From: a virus | Virus record (IMG/VR): IMGVR_UViG_3300029996_000012 | Span: 1 to 6,307 of that record | Strand: one strand, 5' to 3' | DNA: 6,307 bases | Part shown: positions 1-6,099 of the stretch, piece after piece | Layout: the number at the start of each line of letters is the position of its first letter | Position numbering within the stretch: the first letter of the stretch is position 1 | Program-made: the position numbers and the translations under genes | The notes under the pieces: generated by a model | The model's database searches: none | What the model was told of the DNA's origin: nothing | Seen by the model: the letters and a program-made list of their open reading frames with translations, nothing else

Positions 1-99
1 CCCCTAGTTGTGTCCGAAGGAAATTTAAGTTATCCTCTTAAATTCGGTCTCCCTTGTCTATAAACGCACAACTCACACCCTAATCGTATAATAAAAAAA
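1..99. repeat. Terminal direct repeat copy 1 (circular-genome assembly overlap)
   Basis: Compared base by base with 6209-6307 and found identical (cccctagttgtgtccgaagg...cgtataataaaaaaa). Confidence 0.95.
6..73 (+). other. Imperfect compound hairpin in the non-coding region (second copy at 6214-6281)
   Basis: Outer stem agttgtg (6-12) pairs with cacaact (67-73). Inner 8-bp stem aatttaag (22-29) pairs with cttaaatt (37-44) around the loop ttatcct. ccg (14-16) can pair with cgg (45-47) across a bulge. The function is unknown; it is a candidate ssDNA priming or complementary-strand origin structure. Confidence 0.4.
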
Positions 100-110
100 C
101 TCCGAAATAT

Positions 111-141
111 TTTGTTTATTCAAAAATAATACTTTCCTTTG
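111..141 (+). promoter_or_regulatory. Candidate Bacteroides-type promoter (-33 TTTG / -7 TAnnTTTG-like)
   Basis: TTTG at 111-114, a 19-nt AT-rich spacer, then TtccTTTG at 134-141, which has one mismatch to TAnnTTTG. It lies about 50 nt upstream of the first gene of the + strand gene train. This is a pattern match only. Confidence 0.25.
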
Positions 142-193
142 CCCCTGTAGAAACCAACTCATTATTTTATTAACATTTAAAATTCATACGATT

Positions 194-388
194 ATGCAGA
201 AATTTATTATTTCAGTTAAAGGAAAAGCTACTGGTCATGATGTTGTTCCGCCTTATATTGTTAATTCTCTCGATGGTCTTGGAAAATATTCTGAGCGAAT
301 GTCTTCGTTGGGCTTTATCATTATTGTGGATTCGATTAAAGAAGAAAATGATTTTGTTTATTTTAAATCTCAAGACAATGAAAAGTAG
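194..388 (+). CDS. Hypothetical protein, 64 aa (orphan; not basic, so not J/VP5-like)
   Basis: ATG-to-TAG ORF that is first in the gene train. Its third codon positions are T-rich like the core genes, and its amino-acid composition is balanced. I recognised no motif. Confidence 0.65.
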   Translation: MQKFIISVKGKATGHDVVPPYIVNSLDGLGKYSERMSSLGFIIIVDSIKEENDFVYFKSQDNEK

Positions 389-461
389 TAATATCTGGAA
401 AATTGTAATTGGCGCTATTTCTGCTGCTCTTGGTTACATTCTTAATGCAATTGGCCTATGA
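378..461 (+). CDS. Putative 27-aa single-pass membrane micro-protein (MKSSNIWKIVIGAISAALGYILNAIGL); holin-like or lysis accessory candidate
   Basis: The ATG at 378 overlaps the end of the 64-aa ORF by 11 nt. The TGA at 459-461 overlaps the ATG at 458-460 of the peptidase gene (ctATGAat). It fills an otherwise unexplained 69-nt gap. Third codon positions are T-rich (15 of 27 sense codons). The peptide has K2/K8 followed by a hydrophobic stretch of about 20 residues. It is too short to appear in the supplied ORF track except as the tail of ORF 237..461. Confidence 0.45.
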   Translation: MKSSNIWKIVIGAISAALGYILNAIGL

Positions 462-754
462 ATCGTGCTCTTCTGTATTTTTTGGATGATTTGCTACAGC
501 TTAACTTCCATTTTACGATAACGAGTGCTCTTCGTACTAAGGCTCAGAATGAAGCCGCTGGAGGAGCTCCTAACTCTCAGCATCTGATAGGTGAGGCTAT
601 TGATTTTAAGCCTTATGGTTCTACAACTTATGATCAGTTGCTCTCCTATATTATGGATAATGTTGCTTATGACCAATTCATTACTTATGATGGGTTTATG
701 CACATTTCCTTTAGTTTAAAAAATCGTCATCAACATATAGAAAAACGAAAATGA
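458..754 (+). CDS. Zn-dependent cell-wall peptidase, Peptidase_M15A (PF08291, M15_3)-like; putative endolysin, 98 aa
   Basis: The translation contains ITSALRTKAQNEAAGGAPNSQHLIGEAIDF, which matches the family signature ITSGYR..N..GG...SxHxxGxAxD. It has an H-x6-D pair (H42 at nt 581-583, D49 at nt 602-604) and a distal His in GFMHISF (H82 at nt 701-703). There is no signal peptide. The stop overlaps the VP4 start (ATGA at 751-754). Confidence 0.85.
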   Translation: MNRALLYFLDDLLQLNFHFTITSALRTKAQNEAAGGAPNSQHLIGEAIDFKPYGSTTYDQLLSYIMDNVAYDQFITYDGFMHISFSLKNRHQHIEKRK

Positions 755-2580
755 AATACACTCCGGAATTGCTTAAAGCTGTTGACCATTGTCAGCATCG
801 TTCATTTATTACCAACAAATATAACGGTAAGCGTATCGCAGTAGATTGCGGTCAATGTGACTACTGTATCTACAAGCGAGCTCAAAAGGCGTCCATGCGT
901 GTGAAGACCGCTGGAAGTGCCTTCGAACATTGTTGGTTTGTTACGCTCACCTATGATAATGAACACATTCCTCTATTCAATTGTGAAGTATACTATTCTG
1001 AATACGATGATGTTTTAAGTGATTCCGGTGTTGTTCATGGTTATGAGAAACATGCTCATGTTCCGGTGTCTAAGTTTTGCACCACTGATCCTCAGCGATT
1101 GCAGCATATATACTTTACACAAGTACAAGGTACAGTACCTTATAATCGTGAGATAGGTCAATATGAGCCGATTAGAGATAATTGGTTTCTTTCTATGGAT
1201 GCTATCCGTTCCTTTATTGGTAAGACGCAGTCCGCTACACCTTACGGTAAGGATGGAGAGCTTTCCCGTAAATACGGTAATAACCTTATCCCCTATCTGA
1301 ATTATGTAGATGTTCAGAATTATATTAAACGATTACGTAAACATTTAGCTAGATATACCAATGAAAAGATATCTTTTTACGCTGTGGGAGAATATGGTCC
1401 AGTCCATTTCCGCCCGCATTTCCATTTGTTACTATTCTTCAACTCGAAGGAAATCGTCGATGTCCTTCGAGAGTGTCATAGTAAAAGTTGGAAGCTCGGT
1501 CGTTCAGATATCCAACGTTCCGACGGTGGATGTTCATCGTACGTTGCGTCGTACGTTAACAGCTTGGCTTCTGCTCCCTCTCTTTATCGATCATGCCGCT
1601 CGTTTAAACCCCGATCCAGAGCCTCTCTTGGATTCTTTGAAAAAGGCGAGACATTCGATGAAGGTGAAGATGTCTATGCGCAAATTGAAACGAAAATCGA
1701 TTCAGTCATTAATGGACGAGAGTATAACTTTAATGGCATCGTTGTCAACTCGACTGCCCCCTTATCGTATATCCGTTCCTTACTCCCCAGATTTTCAGGA
1801 GCTCGCAGTGATGATCCTGTTGCGATACATAGAGTTATTAGTGCTGTTGGAACAGCACCGAAAAGAATCGCACGCTTCGGTATCATAGATTATGATAGTG
1901 ATTCTATCTTGTCTATCGTGCGTGCTTACTATAAATATATAACTTTAAATCATATCTTGACTGATGATGATAAGATTGTATTACATAATGCTAGGTGCCT
2001 TACTAGGTTCGTTAACAGTTCTAGTGATGTCGATGTTGAATATTTTATTAATAAGCTATATCGGCTGTTCCTTTATGTCTCTAAGTTCCTCCGGAATTGG
2101 CATCTCCCTGGCATCGGTGATGATTTGTATCCTTATGCCGCCCGTATTAATTTTATCATTAAAACAGGAATAGAATATGAAAAGAAAGCGGACTATGTAC
2201 GAATGTGTGATTCGTTGCGAATACAAGAAACATGTGAATTCCCTTTGTTGCGATATTTTTACCTACCAGCCTCAGGATGTGAAAGGTCAATTGTTAAGGA
2301 GGAAGAAGACGGAACCTTTTCCGACTACACTATTCGAGATGTTATGGCCGGAATCAAACCAACCGTCTTATACTTTGATGACCCCCGAAAATTATTACTT
2401 TCCCCAGCTCTTTCTCGTCTGGTCGGACCATCCTTTAAAGCCTCGCAACCTGCAAATTACAACGATTTGTGCGACGACTTACAAAGGTGTCTTTATAACC
2501 GTGCATCGAAGTTCTGCCGTGATATGATTAAACATAAGAAGTTAAATGACGCTAACAATATATTTAACCGTATGGTCTAA
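751..2580 (+). CDS. VP4: Replication initiation protein VP4 (phiX174 gpA-like HUH rolling-circle endonuclease), 609 aa
   Basis: Motif 1 is FVTLTY (nt 937-954). The HUH motif is HFHLLLF (HFH at nt 1417-1425). The double-tyrosine motif is YVASYVNS (Y264 at nt 1540-1542, Y268 at nt 1552-1554), compared with phiX174 A YVAKYVNK. The N-terminus has a Cys/His cluster, DHCQH...CGQCDYC. Confidence 0.95.
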   Translation: MKYTPELLKAVDHCQHRSFITNKYNGKRIAVDCGQCDYCIYKRAQKASMRVKTAGSAFEHCWFVTLTYDNEHIPLFNCEVYYSEYDDVLSDSGVVHGYEKHAHVPVSKFCTTDPQRLQHIYFTQVQGTVPYNREIGQYEPIRDNWFLSMDAIRSFIGKTQSATPYGKDGELSRKYGNNLIPYLNYVDVQNYIKRLRKHLARYTNEKISFYAVGEYGPVHFRPHFHLLLFFNSKEIVDVLRECHSKSWKLGRSDIQRSDGGCSSYVASYVNSLASAPSLYRSCRSFKPRSRASLGFFEKGETFDEGEDVYAQIETKIDSVINGREYNFNGIVVNSTAPLSYIRSLLPRFSGARSDDPVAIHRVISAVGTAPKRIARFGIIDYDSDSILSIVRAYYKYITLNHILTDDDKIVLHNARCLTRFVNSSSDVDVEYFINKLYRLFLYVSKFLRNWHLPGIGDDLYPYAARINFIIKTGIEYEKKADYVRMCDSLRIQETCEFPLLRYFYLPASGCERSIVKEEEDGTFSDYTIRDVMAGIKPTVLYFDDPRKLLLSPALSRLVGPSFKASQPANYNDLCDDLQRCLYNRASKFCRDMIKHKKLNDANNIFNRMV

Positions 2581-2582
2581 TT

Positions 2583-2597
2583 TAATTAAATTAATTA
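2583..2597. repeat. Perfect 15-nt A/T palindrome in the VP4-VP1 spacer
   Basis: taattaa-a-ttaatta occupies most of the 20-nt spacer between the VP4 stop (2578-2580) and the VP1 ATG (2601). It contains a PacI-type ttaattaa. Confidence 0.6.
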
Positions 2598-2600
2598 TCA

Positions 2601-4334
2601 ATGAGTGATTTTAATCCGCTAGACCGAGCGAAAGTTGCCGTTCATCGCTCTTCCTTTGACTTGTCTAGTAAAAAGTTGTTTACGGCAAAAGTTGGTGAGA
2701 TTCTGCCTGTCTATTGGCAGATTGCCATTCCTAGTACTAAGTATCGTATCTCTTCCGATTGGTTTACTCGTACCGTTCCTGTTAATACGGCTGCTTATAC
2801 CCGTATTAAAGAGTATTATGATTTCTACGCTGTACCTCTACGTTTGATTTCTCGTGCTCTGCCGCAAGCGTTTACCCAGATGTCCGATTATATGACTTCT
2901 GCTGCTAGTTACAATGAGAACACTACTCAACTTACTCAAGTTCCTTATGTTCAACAGTCTCATATAAGCTCTTACTTGCAGGCGACGAATGCTAATGACC
3001 AGACTAATACCCGTGATGATGCTGGTTTACCGTTAGTTTATGGTTCTTGTAAGCTGCTTGATATGCTTGGTTATGGTTCTATGGTTGGAACTGGTAATAC
3101 TGCTAAAGCTGCCATCACTCAGAAGTATTTAGGTCTTGACAAACTGTCAGACGGTGTTAATCCATTGGTTTTCGCTACACCTCAAACTGTTAATATTCTT
3201 CCTCTTCTTACGTATCAGAAAATTTATTATGACGCTTTTTCAAATTCGCAATGGGAAAAGCATCTAGCATATGCATATAATGTAGACTATTGGACTGGAG
3301 ATTCTCCCATTACTCTTTCTGTCGATATGTTGAAACTTCGTTATGCTAATTATCCGAAAGACTACTTTATGGGTATGCTCCCTAATTCTCAATATGGTTC
3401 GGTAGCTGTTTTACCTGGGACATATAACGTTAATGGTACGTCTAACTCTATTGTTTCTGTTGGTAATCCTAATGTGGACTATGTCGTTAATCCTGCTTCT
3501 TCTACAACTGTCGTTTCTTCTGGTACGTTCTCCTCTCAGCGTGCTGTCCAGCTTAATTCTGACCTTTCCGCCCTCTCAATCCGTGCGACAGAATACCTTC
3601 AACGTTGGAAAGAAGTAGTACAATTCTCTAGTAAGGATTATTCAGATCAGATGGCCGCCCAGTTTGGTATTAAAGCCCCTGAATACATGGGAAACCATTG
3701 TCATTATATTGGAGGTTGGTCTAGTGTAATCAATATTAATGAGGTAGTTAATACTAACCTTGATACTGATTCTTCGCAGGCTTCTGTTGCCGGTAAAGGT
3801 GTTTCTAGTAACTCCGGTCATACTATTACTTATGACTGTGGTGCTGAACATCAGGTTATTATGTGTGTTTATCATGCTGTTCCTATGTTGGATTGGAATC
3901 TTACTGGCCAGAATCCTCAATTGACCGTAACTGCTATATCTGACTTCCCTCAACCTGCATTCGATCAACTTGGTATGCAAGCCGTCCCAGCTTTGAATCT
4001 TCATAATAATCCTGGTCTTAAGGCCTCTGGTGCTCTTGGATATAATCTCCGTTATTGGCAATGGAAATCTAATATTGATACCGTCCATGCTGGTTTCCGT
4101 AATGGTGCTGCGTATCAAGCTTGGGCTGCCCCCTTGAATGGCTACCAAGTGTTAACTGGTTCCGGTGCTTGGTCTTATCAGTCTATGAAGGTTCGTCCTC
4201 AGCAATTGAATTCTATCTTCGTTCCGCAGATCGATGCTGCGAACTGTTCTGTTGCGTTTGACCAATTGCTTTGTAATGTTAATTTCCAAGTTTATGCCGT
4301 TCAGAACTTGGATCGAAATGGTTTACCTTATTAA
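2601..4334 (+). CDS. VP1: Major capsid protein VP1 (phiX174 gpF family), 577 aa
   Basis: The N-terminus HRSSFDLS...T..VGEILPV matches the microvirus F/VP1 pattern (RSxFDLS...G.L.P). The central conserved block LSIRATEYLQRWKEVVQFSSKDYSDQMAAQFGIKAPEYMGNHCHYIGG resembles the F-family ...Q.W.E......Y.....FGV......RPEYLGG. It is the longest ORF with strong T3 codon bias. Confidence 0.95.
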   Translation: MSDFNPLDRAKVAVHRSSFDLSSKKLFTAKVGEILPVYWQIAIPSTKYRISSDWFTRTVPVNTAAYTRIKEYYDFYAVPLRLISRALPQAFTQMSDYMTSAASYNENTTQLTQVPYVQQSHISSYLQATNANDQTNTRDDAGLPLVYGSCKLLDMLGYGSMVGTGNTAKAAITQKYLGLDKLSDGVNPLVFATPQTVNILPLLTYQKIYYDAFSNSQWEKHLAYAYNVDYWTGDSPITLSVDMLKLRYANYPKDYFMGMLPNSQYGSVAVLPGTYNVNGTSNSIVSVGNPNVDYVVNPASSTTVVSSGTFSSQRAVQLNSDLSALSIRATEYLQRWKEVVQFSSKDYSDQMAAQFGIKAPEYMGNHCHYIGGWSSVININEVVNTNLDTDSSQASVAGKGVSSNSGHTITYDCGAEHQVIMCVYHAVPMLDWNLTGQNPQLTVTAISDFPQPAFDQLGMQAVPALNLHNNPGLKASGALGYNLRYWQWKSNIDTVHAGFRNGAAYQAWAAPLNGYQVLTGSGAWSYQSMKVRPQQLNSIFVPQIDAANCSVAFDQLLCNVNFQVYAVQNLDRNGLPY

Positions 4335-4346
4335 TTATGTGTCGTT

Positions 4347-4790
4347 ATGAGAAAATTTGATTTTACTCCTGAGATTATTCCTGATACTTATCAACCTCAA
4401 TTGATTGAAGGTAATCCGTGTTATCAGGCTTCTGCTTATGACTCTGTTATGTATGATGAAACTCCTGATGGTGATTTGATTCAATGCGATATGACTCAGA
4501 TTCTTTTGAATCAGGAAAAATACCGTCGCCTTCTTGGTGATATGAATGTGAATAACATTTTGGCTCAGATGCACCCTACTCAGTCTACTACGATGGATCA
4601 GATGACGGATGAAGAACGTTTCAATTGTGTTATTTCTCGTCATTGTCAGACTATGTCTGAACGTCAGGCTGTATTGTCTGAATTGGCTTCTCAACGTTCT
4701 GAGTTATCTAAGTTCGCTGAATCTATGTTGGCAGAGCAACAGTCAGAGCCCGCCACTGAGGCGTCCGCCCCTGCTGGTGTTGCGTCATGA
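4347..4790 (+). CDS. Acidic 147-aa protein; size and position consistent with an internal scaffolding (VP3-like) protein
   Basis: ORF with T3 codon bias lying between VP1 and VP2. It is D/E/Q-rich with an Ala/Pro-rich acidic tail. Its stop overlaps the VP2 start (ATGA at 4787-4790). The functional call rests on synteny and composition only. Confidence 0.75.
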   Translation: MRKFDFTPEIIPDTYQPQLIEGNPCYQASAYDSVMYDETPDGDLIQCDMTQILLNQEKYRRLLGDMNVNNILAQMHPTQSTTMDQMTDEERFNCVISRHCQTMSERQAVLSELASQRSELSKFAESMLAEQQSEPATEASAPAGVAS

Positions 4791-5929
4791 GATTCCTAGA
4801 GATAGGAGAGAGCTTTCTCTCCTCTAATGATAAATGTATTGCTCCTCTTGTTCTTGGAGGCATTATCGCTGCTGGTACTTCTCTTGCTGGTAATGCTATT
4901 GGTGCTGTAAATAATAATAAAACCAACCAGACCTCTATAGACATTAACCGTGAGAATAACATGTTTAACTCCGAACAGGCTCAGATTCAGCGTGATTGGC
5001 AAGAAAAGATGTGGGGTATGAATAATTCTTATAATTCTCCCAATGCTATGATCTCTCGCGGTTTGAATCCGTTTATTGGTTCTTCTGCTGGTGCTGGTGT
5101 TTCTAGGTCCCCCGCTTCTGGAGGTTCTGCTGCTCAATCCGCTGGTATGCCTTCTCTTCAAGCCTTCCGCCCTGATTTCTCTGATGTTGGCGCCTCTCTT
5201 GCTTCTATGGCTCAGGCTCGTGCTGCTATGATGAATGCCGAACAGAATGCTGCTCTTACACCTTATCGCATGCTGGAGCTCCTTGGTAACACGAATTATC
5301 GTAATATTGGCATTGGCCAGTCAGGTTACTGGAATGCTTCCACTGGCAGGGAATCTGCTCTTTTAGACCAGTCTAAGGAATATCAGGAACTCAAAAATAT
5401 GGAGTTTGCTGGTCGTCTTACTTCTGCCCAAGAGGCACAGATTTTGCTTGATGCTGAGGCTCAACAGACACTTAATAAGTATCTTGATGAACAACAGCAA
5501 GCTGATTTATTCATTAAAGGTCAGACTTTATCCAATCTCTACGCTCAAGGTGCGCTTACTGAGGCTCAATACAAGCATGAGATGGCCGAGGCTGTTAAAA
5601 CATCTGCTGAGACTAATGGCCTTAGGATTCAGAACAGAATCGCTGAAGCAACCGCTGATTCTTTGATCTATGCTAATATCCAGTCTAATCGTGCTCGTGG
5701 TTTAGGTTCATTATGGGATTTTAAGAATATGAATGTTCTTAAGAATGTGGAGTATTCTAAAGAAAAGGCTGTTCGTGATTATTATAAATGGTCTGCTAAA
5801 GAGAAACAAAAAGACGTTGATTCTTATGGTTTGCGCAATGCTATAGATTATACATCTCGTATTTTCCAAGGCGCAGGTAATGTAATTGGAGCTATGCGCC
5901 CCGGTGCTCAGGTCTTTCGTAATGATTAA
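4787..5929 (+). CDS. VP2: Minor capsid / DNA pilot protein VP2 (phiX174 gpH-like), 380 aa
   Basis: It has an N-terminal Gly/Ala-rich hydrophobic segment (IAPLVLGGIIAAGTSLAGNAIGAV). This is followed by a G/A/S-rich low-complexity region and a long Q/A/E/K-rich helical (coiled-coil-like) region. That is the same architecture as gpH/VP2 pilot proteins. Confidence 0.9.
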   Translation: MRFLEIGESFLSSNDKCIAPLVLGGIIAAGTSLAGNAIGAVNNNKTNQTSIDINRENNMFNSEQAQIQRDWQEKMWGMNNSYNSPNAMISRGLNPFIGSSAGAGVSRSPASGGSAAQSAGMPSLQAFRPDFSDVGASLASMAQARAAMMNAEQNAALTPYRMLELLGNTNYRNIGIGQSGYWNASTGRESALLDQSKEYQELKNMEFAGRLTSAQEAQILLDAEAQQTLNKYLDEQQQADLFIKGQTLSNLYAQGALTEAQYKHEMAEAVKTSAETNGLRIQNRIAEATADSLIYANIQSNRARGLGSLWDFKNMNVLKNVEYSKEKAVRDYYKWSAKEKQKDVDSYGLRNAIDYTSRIFQGAGNVIGAMRPGAQVFRND

Positions 5930-6035
5930 GGCCCTCGTAATACTACTATTTATAATAGTTCCAATGGTATCAGTTATTAACCTATTCTTTTACGATAACA
6001 TTCTTCAGGAACTAAAAGCCCATCACGGCGTTTGA
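5922..6035 (+). CDS. Possible 37-aa membrane micro-protein (MIKALVILLFIIVPMVSVINLFFYDNILQELKAHHGV)
   Basis: The ATG at 5922 lies inside the last VP2 codons (cgtaATGATTAAg), giving an 8-nt overlap with VP2. It reads through to the TGA at 6033-6035. The peptide has a hydrophobic core of about 21 residues with a central Pro, then a short polar tail. Third codon positions are more A-rich than in the core genes, which weakens the call. It is below the length cutoff of the supplied ORF track. Confidence 0.35.
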   Translation: MIKALVILLFIIVPMVSVINLFFYDNILQELKAHHGV

Positions 6036-6045
6036 GTGATATACA

Positions 6046-6064
6046 CCGGCCGGCCGCCTAGGCC
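6046..6064. repeat. Cluster of overlapping GC palindromes
   Basis: The sequence is ccggccggccgcctaggcc. It contains GGCCGGCC (6048-6055), GGCCnnnnnGGCC (6052-6064), GCCTAGGC (6056-6063) and CCTAGG inside that. Confidence 0.9.
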
Positions 6065-6099
6065 CTGATCGAAAAACGGAGCGGAGCGACTTCCATAGA

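Noticed and set aside
1361-1888. Nested same-strand ORFs inside the core genes that might be phiX-style overprinted genes. They are 1361-1888 (175 aa), 1964-2173, 2177-2527, 2635-2847, 3433-3618, 4609-4827, 5406-5666, and the N-terminal part of 237-461.
   Set aside because: All eight are in the +1 register relative to the gene that contains them (each offset modulo 3 equals 1). In that register the second base of a stop codon falls on the host gene's third codon position, which is mostly T/C here. Stops are therefore suppressed, and the peptides come out Leu/Ile/Phe/Val-rich for the same reason. This is the expected codon-bias artefact. Real overprinting cannot be excluded without comparative synonymous-constraint analysis.
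3642-4148. Antisense ORFs: 494-703, 1674-1886, 3642-4148 (168 aa), 4335-4694, 4723-4962 and 4796-5161.
   Set aside because: Each lies opposite a well-supported + strand gene, and their translations are low-complexity (Ile/Arg/Ser/Asn-rich). None has a promoter-like or start context. Known Microviridae transcribe only one strand. They are most likely shadows of the sense-strand codon bias.
4920-5260. Gly/Ala/Ser-rich low-complexity stretch in VP2 as a possible tandem-repeat or slippage region.
   Set aside because: No exact nucleotide tandem repeat is visible (gct/ggt/tct codons recur but not periodically). This composition is normal for gpH/VP2-type pilot proteins.
6037-6042. TGATAT, matching the core of the phiX174 gpA nick site (CAACTTG/ATATTAATAAC), at the start of the non-coding region.
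   Set aside because: It is only a 6-mer match. The same hexamer also occurs at 2520-2525 (inside VP4, followed by gattaaaca) and at 4538-4543, so it has no discriminating power. The flanking bases do not match the phiX origin.
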